Below are positions 40,745-49,826 of a DNA stretch of 64,000 nucleotides, piece after piece. Position 1 is the first letter of the stretch, and every line of letters begins with the position of its first letter. The notes below the pieces were generated by a model that was given only the letters and a program-made list of their open reading frames with translations, searched no databases and was not told the origin of the DNA. A program made the position numbers and the translations under genes. This stretch comes from Acidimicrobiia bacterium (GTDB lineage Bacteria > Actinomycetota > Acidimicrobiia > Spongiisociales > UBA5794), in contig DASWKR010000028.1 of assembly GCA_036396535.1 (NCBI GenBank), forward strand, positions 17,434 to 81,433, written 5' to 3'.

Positions 40745-41059
40745 TGCATGGCCGGGAGTTCCAAAAGAGGAAACGTGGCTATCAAGAAGGCTGCGGCCAC
40801 GAAGGCTGCACCAGCGAAGAAGGCTGCGGCGCGCAAGCCGGCGGCCACGAAGGCTCCAGCCAAGAAGGCTGCACCGGCGAACAAGGCTGCGGCCAAGCCG
40901 GCGGCCAAGAAGGCCCCGGCCAAGAAGGCCCCGGCCAAGAAGGCTCCAGCCAGGAAGACGACCGTCAAGGCCGCCGCCAAGCCGGCAGCCAAGAAGGCCC
41001 CGGCCAAGAAGGCCCCGGCCAGGAAGCCGGCGGCGCGGGCGGCGGCCAAGAAGAGGTAG
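40745..41059 (+). CDS. histone-like Lys/Ala-rich DNA-binding protein (AKKA repeats)
   Basis: ...[61 protein letters not shown].... The start is ATG 40745 or, more likely, GTG about 40772, which is preceded by AAGAGGAAAC. Confidence 0.7.
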   Translation, partial: CMAGSSKRGNVAIKKAAATKAAPAKKAAARKPAATKAPAKKAAPANKAAAKPAAKKAPAKKAPAKKAPARKTTVKAAAKPAAKKAPAKKAPARKPAARAAAKKR

Positions 41060-41125
41060 TCGAACCCAGGGAGGAGGGGCCCGAGCGCGTGGGCGACGGG
41101 CCCCTTCTGCGCGACTCAGAAGGAT

Positions 41126-41548
41126 TCAACGGACCCGGGTCGGCCGACCCTTCAGCCGCTCCTCGAATGCCGGCAGACGCGCCGGCACGAACTCGGCCCT
41201 GCTGCGCGCCTCCACCGTCACCACCCCGAACACGAGGAGCCGGCGATCAAAGGCGACGGTCACCTCCACTGCTCTCTCGCTCCACGACTCATCGACAGCG
41301 CAGGCGCACGCCACGAGCCGGCCACCATTGAGCGTGGCGAACCGAGCCGCCTCCTGGGCGGGTGTGCCGGCGGCTCCGAACGGGCGGAACGTGACCGGGG
41401 CGGCGGCGAGGGCGGCAGCATCGGCCGCGATGCTTGCCTGCGCCCTCGCCTGCAACAGCATGCCGACGTCCGCCACGACGATCGTGAGCGCTACCACGAG
41501 CACACAGACCGCCAGAAGCGGCAGCGACGCGGCGCCCTCGTCGGTCAT
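41126..41548 (-). CDS. TadE/TadF-like pseudopilin-family protein of the tad locus
   Basis: MTDEGAASLPLLAVCVLVVALTIVVADVGMLLQARAQAS has an N-terminal TM helix. It is in the mycobacterial Rv3654c/Rv3655c-like position and has an ATGA overlap with the upstream gene. Confidence 0.65.
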   Translation of the reverse strand: MTDEGAASLPLLAVCVLVVALTIVVADVGMLLQARAQASIAADAAALAAAPVTFRPFGAAGTPAQEAARFATLNGGRLVACACAVDESWSERAVEVTVAFDRRLLVFGVVTVEARSRAEFVPARLPAFEERLKGRPTRVR

Positions 41549-41907
41549 GCCTCGACCCGCATCGCCGCCCTGCCGGTGAGCTCGATCACAAAGCCACCGA
41601 GAAGGGGCGACGCCACCCGATGGGTGAGCCGGACTGTGACCGCGGCCTGCTCTCCAACGACGTGCGGACGAGATACCGAGACCCGAGCAACGGAGCCGCC
41701 ACGGCCGAGGGCCGCCTTGGCGGCGGCGACCGCCCGAGCGGGGTCGGGGCTGGTGGCCGCCTCGCGGGCTCCCTCGCGAGCAGCGTTCATGACCTCGAGC
41801 TGCGCCCGGGCCACGACCGCCACCTCGACCATCGCCAGGACGAGGAGGAGCACGAGTGGGAGCACGATCGCAAACTCGACGACCGCACTCCCCCGCTCGC
41901 TGCTCAC
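41545..41907 (-). CDS. tadE: TadE-like protein
   Basis: (V)SSERGSAVVEFAIVLPLVLLLVLAMVEVAVVARAQLEVMNAAREGAREAA is the canonical TadE N-terminus. Its GTG start overlaps the flp stop (GTGA). Confidence 0.75.
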   Translation of the reverse strand: MSSERGSAVVEFAIVLPLVLLLVLAMVEVAVVARAQLEVMNAAREGAREAATSPDPARAVAAAKAALGRGGSVARVSVSRPHVVGEQAAVTVRLTHRVASPLLGGFVIELTGRAAMRVEA

Positions 41908-42071
41908 ATGAAGTCCTTGACCCTGGCGAGCACCGCGTCGAACAGACCTGCCAAGGCGTCGGTGTTCGTAGCCCACACGATGAGAGCGAAAGCGACGGCC
42001 GCTGCAGCCACGATGACCAGGGCATACTCGGCGGTCGCCTGCCCCTCCTGGCGGAGGATGATCGAGTGCAT
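41904..42071 (-). CDS. flp: Flp-family type IVb pilin (55 aa)
   Basis: MHSIILRQEGQATAEYALVIVAAAAVAFALIVWATNTDALAGLFDAVLARVKDFM*. A GGAAGGAG SD sits 8 nt upstream of the ATG. It is below the ORF-track size cutoff and was found by manual reverse-strand translation. Confidence 0.75.
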   Translation of the reverse strand: MHSIILRQEGQATAEYALVIVAAAAVAFALIVWATNTDALAGLFDAVLARVKDFM

Positions 42072-42123
42072 GTGACACTCCTTCCATCTCGGACATCCCG
42101 GGCTGCCCCCGGGCGGCGGGAAG

Positions 42124-42744
42124 TCAGAGGGCGAGGCGATCGAAGGCGCTCAGCAACGTGGGGCCGACCGTGAGCACGAGGAACCCAGGCAGGATCAGTA
42201 GAGCGAGCGGGAACAGCATCCGAACGGGCAGCCGCTTGGCTGCGGCGACAGCCCTGGCTCGCTCCTCGGCCCGCTGCTCGACGACGAGCGCGGCGACGAT
42301 CTCGAGCAATGGCGCTCCTGTGAGGGAGGCGCGTCCTGCCGCTCGGTAGAGGTCGGTTGCCCGCCCTCCGGCTGCCTCGAGCGTCGCCTGTCCTCCAAAC
42401 CGAGTGGCCTCCCGAATGACCGAGAAGACCTCGCGGCGCAGCTCGGGGTGAACCTCTCGGGCTGCGAGGCGCAGAGCCGCCCGGAATCCGAGGCCGGCTC
42501 CGAGTCCCAAGACCGTCAGTTCGCTGAGGAGCACGACGTCGGAGTCTGCGCCGCCGGTGTCGGCGAGCCGGTCGGTGCGGCGACGCCGCAAGCGCACAAG
42601 CGGCACCGCGGCGACGAACGCCACACCTGCGAGTGGAGCTACGACGAACGCCACCGCAGCCGCCAGCAACGGTGCGAGTGCCACGTCGTCGAGACGGCGG
42701 ATGGCAATCATCGAGACGGCCGCCAGAACACCCCTGGCCATCAC
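42124..42744 (-). CDS. tadC: type II secretion system F-domain protein TadC
   Basis: T2SSF-type membrane protein. The start is the internal ATG (MARGVLAAVSMIAI). Confidence 0.75.
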   Translation of the reverse strand: MMARGVLAAVSMIAIRRLDDVALAPLLAAAVAFVVAPLAGVAFVAAVPLVRLRRRRTDRLADTGGADSDVVLLSELTVLGLGAGLGFRAALRLAAREVHPELRREVFSVIREATRFGGQATLEAAGGRATDLYRAAGRASLTGAPLLEIVAALVVEQRAEERARAVAAAKRLPVRMLFPLALLILPGFLVLTVGPTLLSAFDRLAL

Positions 42745-42760
42745 GTCGCTCACGCCTCGC

Positions 42761-43438
42761 TCATCGCGATCGTGCCAGCATCGTTGCGACGATCGCGATG
42801 CCGGCGACCTCGAGCCCGACACCGGCCGCCAAGATCGTGAAACCCACCACGCCGTGGTCGATCAGGACTCCGGCTCGCCCGGTGAGGAGGAGCAGCATTG
42901 CGAACCCGAGTGGGGCCACGCCGACGACGAGCGCAGACAAGCGTGCCTGTGCGGTCAGCACTGCCCTCTCACGAGAGAGCTCGGCCTGGTGAGCTGCCCG
43001 ATCGGCCAGTACCTCGAAGATCGCAGCCGCTCTCCCTCCCGTGGAACCCGCCAGCCGCAGCGCCGGGGCGGCGACGCGGCCGTTCGCCGGAAGCGATGCG
43101 GCCACTGCCGCGGCCACGTCCTCGAACGGCGCCCCGACGACAGCACGCCGCTGAGCGCCGCTCAGGTCGAGGGATGGCACCCGCGCCGCCGCATCGCCGA
43201 TGGACATCCGTAGCGAGGCACCGGACCGCAACTCCGCGGCAAGCGCCCTGAAATACTCAGCCTCGAGAGATGGCCGAAGCCGTCTACGCATGACCCGCCG
43301 CCCGCTGACAGCCACAGCCCAGGCGGTGATCATGGCCGCCGCCACGAGAGGCTGGCGTGCGGCGACGACGCCCACGCCGATGACCCACCACGGCACACCC
43401 GTCGCGATCATCATGGCGATGAGCAGCGCGATCACCAC
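42761..43438 (-). CDS. tadB: type II secretion system F-domain protein TadB
   Basis: T2SSF-type membrane protein. Confidence 0.78.
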   Translation of the reverse strand: MVIALLIAMMIATGVPWWVIGVGVVAARQPLVAAAMITAWAVAVSGRRVMRRRLRPSLEAEYFRALAAELRSGASLRMSIGDAAARVPSLDLSGAQRRAVVGAPFEDVAAAVAASLPANGRVAAPALRLAGSTGGRAAAIFEVLADRAAHQAELSRERAVLTAQARLSALVVGVAPLGFAMLLLLTGRAGVLIDHGVVGFTILAAGVGLEVAGIAIVATMLARSR

Positions 43439-44505
43439 GAGTAGACCTCCTCCAGGTCGTCGAGCGTGACCGCGGCGATCCGGCTCACCCGTCGGTTACC
43501 ACCTCGCCGCTCGACTTGCACCACGATGTCGAGCGCCGACCGCAGCTGGCGCCGCACGGTCGCAGGCGACACCCTCCTGTCCCCAGACAAGGCGAGCGAC
43601 TCGACGCGCCACACCGCTTCCTCGGGTCCGTTGGCGTGGACGGTCGACATCGATCCGTCGTGCCCGGTGCTCATCGCCTGGACCATGTCGAAGGCCTCGG
43701 GGCCTCTCACCTCGCCGACGATGATTCTGTCTGGTCGCAGGCGGAGGGCGTGTCGCACGAGGTCACGCAGTGGGATCTCGCCGAGGCCCTCGACGTTGGC
43801 GGGTCGAGCCTCCAGCCGCACGACGTGGCCTGCGAGGCGAAGCTCGGCGGCGTCTTCGACGGTGACGACCCGCTCGCCGGCGGGGATCACTCGCGACAGA
43901 AGGTTGAGGAGAGTCGTCTTGCCTGACCCGGTCCCCCCGCTCACCAGGATGTTCCTGCGAGAGGAGACGGCCTCGGCGAGGAGATGAGCCCCGTGGTCGT
44001 CGATCGCGCCGGCGGCGACGAGGCCGTCCAGGTCGGAGACCGCCTCGGTGAAGCGCCGCACCGCGACCACCGGCCCATCGACCGCGATCGGGTCCATGAT
44101 GGCGTGCAACCGCGAGCCGTCCGGCAGGCGGGCGTCTACGACCGGGCTCGCCCTGTCGATCCGCAGGCCGAGCGGAGCGATCACCCGCTCGACGGCAGCA
44201 AGCACCGCCCGGCCGTCGGGGAACCGAATCGAGGTCCGCTCGAGAGCGCCGGCGCGCTCGACCCAGACCTCCCCGGGCCCATTGACGAGCACGTCGCTCA
44301 CCTCACGATCGCGCAGCAGGGACTCGAGCGGGCCGAGGCCCACCAGGGCGTCGGCCGCGTCGACGGCGACGGACGCAGGGGCCAACGGCGCCTCCTCCAG
44401 GAGGAGCCGTTCCGCGGCGGCGACGAGCGCGGCACGTTCCAGGGCGACGTCGGAGTCGATGAGCCGGCGCGTCAGGCGGTCGATCAATGCCATGGGTGCT
44501 CCCAT
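43432..44505 (-). CDS. tadA: Tad/Flp pilus assembly ATPase CpaF/TadA
   Basis: Walker A SGGTGSGKTT, Asp box, Walker B, His box (AMSTGHDGSMSTVHA). The start is an internal ATG (MALIDRL, about 44493-44505); the listed 442-aa ORF is 5'-extended. Confidence 0.88.
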   Translation of the reverse strand: MGAPMALIDRLTRRLIDSDVALERAALVAAAERLLLEEAPLAPASVAVDAADALVGLGPLESLLRDREVSDVLVNGPGEVWVERAGALERTSIRFPDGRAVLAAVERVIAPLGLRIDRASPVVDARLPDGSRLHAIMDPIAVDGPVVAVRRFTEAVSDLDGLVAAGAIDDHGAHLLAEAVSSRRNILVSGGTGSGKTTLLNLLSRVIPAGERVVTVEDAAELRLAGHVVRLEARPANVEGLGEIPLRDLVRHALRLRPDRIIVGEVRGPEAFDMVQAMSTGHDGSMSTVHANGPEEAVWRVESLALSGDRRVSPATVRRQLRSALDIVVQVERRGGNRRVSRIAAVTLDDLEEVYSW

Positions 44506-45029
44506 ACGTCGCCCCAGGCGCGCAGCCAGCGGTCTCGCCGTGGCAGAGCACCAGCAACGAGCGCCCGAGCGGTCGCCAGCGCCATTCGGGGCAGGACGAT
44601 GGATCTCCCCGGAGGCTCGGTGCGCAGCCCGAACGGCTGGTAGACGGCGGCCACGTCCAGCGGCTCGAGCCACTCGGAGGGGAGCAGCGGACGCACCGGG
44701 ACGACCCCGTCGAAGCCGGGAGGTCGATGGCGCCCGAGCCTGAAGACGACCCTCGGCCACCCTGCCAGGAGCGCCTCGATGACCTCGCGCCCCTCGTCCG
44801 GCAAGATGCCGCCGTTGCGGAGCACCGCGACGCCGCGACGCAGTGGGGACAGATCGGACGCCGTGGGGCTGTCCCGCACCATGGCGGCCAGGCTCCCCGA
44901 ACCGGGATAGCCGGGCCCGGCAGGGTCGAGGTCGACGACGAGCGCCGTGTCACACGCCGCGGCCAGCGCCAAGGGCGCGATGGCGCCGAGCACCCCGTCC
45001 TCCGGTGCCCAAGTCGAGAGCGCAACCAT
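44484..45029 (-). CDS. short CpaE/MinD-like protein with degenerate P-loop (Tad-associated pseudo-ATPase?)
   Basis: MVALSTWAPEDGVLGAIAPLALAAACDTALVVDLD sits where ParA/MinD-like proteins carry the KGGxGKT P-loop, but the Lys/Gly residues are absent. It is first in the tad operon, like mycobacterial Rv3660c, but is only about 180 aa. Confidence 0.5.
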   Translation of the reverse strand: MVALSTWAPEDGVLGAIAPLALAAACDTALVVDLDPAGPGYPGSGSLAAMVRDSPTASDLSPLRRGVAVLRNGGILPDEGREVIEALLAGWPRVVFRLGRHRPPGFDGVVPVRPLLPSEWLEPLDVAAVYQPFGLRTEPPGRSIVLPRMALATARALVAGALPRRDRWLRAWGDVWEHPWH

Positions 45030-45201
45030 GCGCCCACCTCTCAGAGTCCGGCGGGGAAGGCCCCGCAAACCTATGGGACGAGCGCGACACGTTCAAGACT
45101 CCCGATCGGCAGCCGCCAGACCCACTCCACGCTGGGACCTCCATGGTCGGGGAGCCGTCGACGTTCATCGTGAGGGCCGCAACGAGTTCTGAACTGCGCC
45201 T

Positions 45202-47007
45202 TTGCCGCTTCACGGGCCGTGGGATGCTGCCGATAGGACACCCGTGAGCGAAGCAACCGGTGCCGGGCGGGTCCGACGCGCCGTCCTCGTGACCGGCACG
45301 GTCTCGGTGAGCGCCGCGCTGATCCTCGAGCTCCTCCTCGGATCGGGAACGTACCAGCCGCAGCCGCTCCGCATAGCCGCATACCTCGTCATCCTGCTTC
45401 TCGTGTGGGACGCCAGACGCCGAGGCAATCGGGTCGAGGTTCTCACGCTCGGCTCGGCGGTGCTTCTCTGCGTCCTGTCACTCGCAGACGGTGCCCTCCC
45501 CGAGCGAGGCGCCGGGTTCGGCCCCGGGACGACTGCAGGCATCGCCGGCCTCGTCTGTGTCATGTACCTGGCGACCCGCGAGACGACCAGGATGTGGCCC
45601 GTCTGGTCGATGAGCGCCGGCATCGCCGCCTTCGGGGTGCTCTCGGTGGCCATCGAGCGGCCGTCGGGAGCCATCGCGGTCACCTGGCTGCTCGTGGCGA
45701 TCCCTACCCAGGCACTGGCGATCTGGCTCGTCGTCGACCTCACGGCGCGGCTGGCGAACCACGCCAGAGCGGAGACCGTGAGAGTCAGGATCCAGAAGGC
45801 GCTGGCGGCGTGCTCCCACATCCTGCTGGCGCGCGACGACGAGACGGCGATCGAGAGCGCGTTGCGCGCCCTGCTCGACGCCACCGAGGCCGACTACGCC
45901 TACGTCGACGTGAACCAGTCCGAGCCGGACGGCAGGGTGACATGGCGGATCGTCCATGACGTGATGAGCTCGCGGGTCCCGATCGGCCCCGGCGATTTCC
46001 AGGACGGCAACTACGACGACATGCCCTGGGTCGCCGACATGCTCGGTGCAGGAGAGCACGTCGAGATCCGCGTCGAAGAGCTTCCGGAGCGGCTGAGAAG
46101 CCGGTATGAGGCAGAGGGGGTGAAATCCGAGCTCGCCGCCCCGATCCTGATCGGCGGCGCGTGGATAGGGACGATCGGGTTCACCGACTTCTATCGCGAC
46201 GGGGTGTGGACGGACCTCGAGGTCGATGCCCTCATGCGGGCCGCCGACATGGTGGGGGCGTACTGGACGCGCGAGCGCGCCCGCGAGGGGCTGGAGAACC
46301 TGGCCATGGCGAAGGACCGGTTCGTGGCATCCGTGAGCCACGAGCTGCGGACGCCCCTGACGGCGGTGGCCGGGTTCTCCGCCGAGCTGCGCGAGAACCT
46401 CGAGCGACTCACGACGACCGAGATCAGAGAGATGGTGGAGCTCATCGCCGGGCAGAGTGACGAGGTCGCCAACCTCGTCGAGGATCTGCTCACGGTCGAG
46501 CGGGCCGCCGCCGGCAACCTCGCCGTCAACCCGGTCGAGTTCGACCTGACAACCGCCGTGGCGTCCGTGGTGGCCACGACGCCGCTCGACGGCAAGTCCG
46601 TCGTTCAGGTTCCGGGCTCGATCTTCGCCGTCGCTGATCCGCTGCGGACGCGTCAGATCGTTCGCAACCTACTCACGAACGCCGCCCGCTACGGCGGCCC
46701 GTCCGTCAGGGTCACGTGCACAGAGCACGGCGTCCACGCTTCCGTGACCATCGCCGACGACGGCCCCGGGGTCGAGGGCATGGACGCCGAGCGCATCTTC
46801 GACCCGTACTTCCGCTCGCGTCCGGAAGGCGGCGTGCCGGGTTCCGTCGGCCTCGGGCTGGCCGTCGCCCGGCAGCTGGCACGCCTCATGGGAGGCGAGC
46901 TCGTCTACGGCCGCAAGCGGGGGTGGACCGAGTTCGTCCTCACTCTCCCGAGCCGGCTGCCCGCCAAGGGGCAGCCGGTCGGGGCCGGCGCCTCGGTGTC
47001 CCGATGA
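45202..47007 (+). CDS. membrane-bound sensor histidine kinase with GAF domain
   Basis: N-terminal 5-6 TM, a central GAF-like region, H-box SHELRTPL, N-box VRNLLTNAARYG, G1 IADDGPGV, G2 GSVGLGL. An alternative GTG start is at about 45244. Confidence 0.88.
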   Translation: MPLHGPWDAADRTPVSEATGAGRVRRAVLVTGTVSVSAALILELLLGSGTYQPQPLRIAAYLVILLLVWDARRRGNRVEVLTLGSAVLLCVLSLADGALPERGAGFGPGTTAGIAGLVCVMYLATRETTRMWPVWSMSAGIAAFGVLSVAIERPSGAIAVTWLLVAIPTQALAIWLVVDLTARLANHARAETVRVRIQKALAACSHILLARDDETAIESALRALLDATEADYAYVDVNQSEPDGRVTWRIVHDVMSSRVPIGPGDFQDGNYDDMPWVADMLGAGEHVEIRVEELPERLRSRYEAEGVKSELAAPILIGGAWIGTIGFTDFYRDGVWTDLEVDALMRAADMVGAYWTRERAREGLENLAMAKDRFVASVSHELRTPLTAVAGFSAELRENLERLTTTEIREMVELIAGQSDEVANLVEDLLTVERAAAGNLAVNPVEFDLTTAVASVVATTPLDGKSVVQVPGSIFAVADPLRTRQIVRNLLTNAARYGGPSVRVTCTEHGVHASVTIADDGPGVEGMDAERIFDPYFRSRPEGGVPGSVGLGLAVARQLARLMGGELVYGRKRGWTEFVLTLPSRLPAKGQPVGAGASVSR

Positions 47008-47837
47008 CTCCCGGAGACAACTCGACGTCGCACGTAGACTCGCCGGTGATGCAAGAGGCAGCATTCTTCGACCTCGACAAGACCGTCATCGCCAAGTCCT
47101 CGACGCTCGCCTTCGGCAAGCCGTTCTACAAGGCGGGCTTCGTCGGGAAACGAGCGCTCATGAAGATGGGATTCGCCCAGCTCTTCTACGTGCTGTTCGG
47201 AGCGGACGAGGAACAGCTGCAGCGAGCCCGCGACCAGATGCTGCAGCTCACTTCGGGTTGGCACCGCGCCGAGATCGAACAGCTCGTCGAGGAGACGCTC
47301 GATGAGGTCGCCGATCCTCTCGTCTACGCCGAGGCGCTGACCCTCATCGACGACCACAAGCGGCAGGGCCGCCTCGTCTACCTCGTCTCGGCGAGCCCGG
47401 TCGAGATCGTGCGTCCCATCGGTCGCCACATCGGCGTCACCAACGTCATCGCAACCAGGGTGAAGACGGACTCGGCGGGCTTCTTCCTCCCCGAGCTGGC
47501 GCTGTACGCCATGGGCCCGGGCAAGGCGGACGCCATCAACGAGCTCGCCGAGCGAGAGGGCATCGACCTCGGCTCGTCGTTCGCCTACAGCGATTCGATG
47601 ACCGACCTCCCGATGATGGAGTTGGTCGGCCACCCGGTGGCGGTGAACCCGGAGAAGGACCTCAGGAAGCTCGCCGAGGAGCGGGGATGGGAGATCCTCG
47701 AGTTCCAGCGGCAGGTGTCGCTGCGCACGCGTCTCGCTCGACCCGTCCCCATCATCTCCGGAGCGACGATCGCGGCGGCGGGCATCGGCGCCCTGGCCGT
47801 GATCCTGCTGAAGCGCCGCGCCGCGGCGAGGGCGTGA
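47004..47837 (+). CDS. HAD-IB family hydrolase (phosphoserine-phosphatase-like) with C-terminal TM anchor
   Basis: FFDLDKTV motif I, YLVSASP motif II, and K...GKAD / SDSMTDLP motifs III-IV. An ATGA overlap with the histidine kinase stop. Confidence 0.85.
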   Translation: MTPGDNSTSHVDSPVMQEAAFFDLDKTVIAKSSTLAFGKPFYKAGFVGKRALMKMGFAQLFYVLFGADEEQLQRARDQMLQLTSGWHRAEIEQLVEETLDEVADPLVYAEALTLIDDHKRQGRLVYLVSASPVEIVRPIGRHIGVTNVIATRVKTDSAGFFLPELALYAMGPGKADAINELAEREGIDLGSSFAYSDSMTDLPMMELVGHPVAVNPEKDLRKLAEERGWEILEFQRQVSLRTRLARPVPIISGATIAAAGIGALAVILLKRRAAARA

Positions 47838-47880
47838 CGTCGCAGACGGCGGCCGCGCCTGCAGGCCCGATGGATGCCGC

Positions 47881-49260
47881 TCAGGCTCCCGGCGCCTTCT
47901 CCGCTTCCTTGGCTGCGATCCCCTCCGCCCTGGCGGCCTCGAGCTTGGCGGTGGTCAGCTTCGGGGCGGCATAGAGGAACACCAAGGCGTACGCCGCCGC
48001 GGTCACGAACCACGGCATCCGAAGGGCCAGCTCTCGGCTGGCGAACGTGTCGGTGGCCGATACGATGAGCCCGCCCAACGCCAAGCCGATCGGCATCATC
48101 CCCCAGGCGAAGAACCGGTACACGCTGTTCACCCTGCCGAGAAGCCTGTCGGGGATGATCGTCTGGCGCAGCGACACCGTGATGACGTTCCACAGCACCG
48201 CCGTGAACGTGAACGCCACGAACATCAGCCAGGCGATCGGCCAAGCAGACGTGACGCCGATGACGAGGGATGTGATTGCCCCGCCGATGAACGTCACGTA
48301 GAGCGACGTGCCGCTCCCCAGCGCCTTGCTGACCCGCGATGCGCTGACGCTTCCGATGATCCCGCCGAGGGCGCCGCCCGTCATCAGCAGGGCGAAGGCG
48401 AACGAGCCGATGCCCAGTACCTCCTGGGCGAAAAGGACGAGTGTGGCGAACGTGAGGCTCGACAATGCGTTCATCAGGCCGAGGATGATCGCCATCGGGC
48501 GGAGGAGCGAGTGGCCCCAGAGCCAGGAGAAGCCCTCCGCGATCTCCCTGCGCCACTCGACCTTCTTCGATGCAGGCACGTCGCGCCTGGTACGGAAGTC
48601 GCCGGCGACGAGGAAGACGAGAGCCGCGGCGACGGCAAACGTGCCTGCATCGAAGAAGAACGGGAGAGCAAAGAGCGCCGCGATGAGGAGGCTGCCGAGG
48701 GGCGGTCCGACGAAGCTGTTGGCAACCATCTCGGCTCCCCACATCCGCCCGTTCGCCTTCTCGAGAGCGCCCGGCTCGACGATGGCCGGCATGATCGTCT
48801 GGGCGGCGTTGTCCCGCAGCACCTCCGCCAAGCCGAAGAGGAGTGAGGCGGCGACGAGAACGGAGTAGATCGCCATGTTGGTGGAGATCGCGATCCCGCC
48901 GGCTACCTCGTCGGGGGAGGGCAGCGAGTCGGCGCCGACGACGACTGCAACGGCGACCCCGAGGGTGACGACCGTCCTGAAGGCGTCCATGGCAACCATG
49001 ATCCTGCGCCGATCGACCCTGTCGGTGATGACGCCGGCGGGAAGCGTGAAGACCAGCCACGGGATCCGCTGGGCGACGGCGATGAGGGCGATGAGCAACG
49101 GGTTGCGCGTGACGGCAGAGGCGAGCCACGGGTAGGCGATGAGGGCCACACCGTCCCCCAGGTTCGAGATGACGCTTGCGGTCCAGAGCTTCCAGTAGTT
49201 CCCACCCAGCTTGGCGCGGTCGCCCTCGGCGGCCCGAGCCGCGGTCTCCTGGTCGGTCAT
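47881..49260 (-). CDS. MFS transporter
   Basis: 12 TM. The start is the internal ATG (MTDQETAARAAEGD). An ATGA overlap with the ArsR gene stop. Confidence 0.82.
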   Translation of the reverse strand: MTDQETAARAAEGDRAKLGGNYWKLWTASVISNLGDGVALIAYPWLASAVTRNPLLIALIAVAQRIPWLVFTLPAGVITDRVDRRRIMVAMDAFRTVVTLGVAVAVVVGADSLPSPDEVAGGIAISTNMAIYSVLVAASLLFGLAEVLRDNAAQTIMPAIVEPGALEKANGRMWGAEMVANSFVGPPLGSLLIAALFALPFFFDAGTFAVAAALVFLVAGDFRTRRDVPASKKVEWRREIAEGFSWLWGHSLLRPMAIILGLMNALSSLTFATLVLFAQEVLGIGSFAFALLMTGGALGGIIGSVSASRVSKALGSGTSLYVTFIGGAITSLVIGVTSAWPIAWLMFVAFTFTAVLWNVITVSLRQTIIPDRLLGRVNSVYRFFAWGMMPIGLALGGLIVSATDTFASRELALRMPWFVTAAAYALVFLYAAPKLTTAKLEAARAEGIAAKEAEKAPGA

Positions 49261-49826
49261 TCCCTCGGCTCCTTGAGCGATGGTCGGTCTGTTGGATAGA
49301 CGGCGGCGACGAACCCGTAGACCCGCGATCCGCCTCGCGGCATGCGGACGAACTCCTCGGCCAGCAAGAGCACCCTCCGTGAGAACTCCGCGGCCGCCTC
49401 CTCCGGGATCCTGACATGGCGGAGCGTGGTCATCGGGAGCGCCGAGCCGGCCTCGGCCACGGCCTCCTCGGCAGCTTCGCTGAGCATCCACATCTCGCCC
49501 TCCGCCGGAATCGCGCCGAAGACGATCGTGCGGCCCGTCCTGCCGTAGTACTTCTCGGTCATCGCCCTCACCTTCCTAGTGCGGACGACCCGGACGAGGT
49601 CGGCATCCTCGAGGACCTTGATGTGGTAGCCGACCGTGCCCTTCGGCTTGCCGAGCGCCGCCGCCAGGTGCGACGTCGTCGCGGCCCGCTCGAGCAGCAT
49701 GTCGAGGACGGTCTTCCGCGTCGGGTCGCCGATCGCCTTCAGTTGTTCAGGTGTGTCGGCGACGACGTAGTCGTCGAGGCTGTAGTCCGGGATGCTCTCA
49801 GGTGCCGGCAGAGGTATGGTCGACAT
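49257..49826 (-). CDS. ArsR/SmtB-family transcriptional regulator
   Basis: HTH IGDPTRKTVLDMLLERAATTSHLAAALGKPKGTVGYHIKVLEDADLV. Confidence 0.8.
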   Translation of the reverse strand: MSTIPLPAPESIPDYSLDDYVVADTPEQLKAIGDPTRKTVLDMLLERAATTSHLAAALGKPKGTVGYHIKVLEDADLVRVVRTRKVRAMTEKYYGRTGRTIVFGAIPAEGEMWMLSEAAEEAVAEAGSALPMTTLRHVRIPEEAAAEFSRRVLLLAEEFVRMPRGGSRVYGFVAAVYPTDRPSLKEPRE

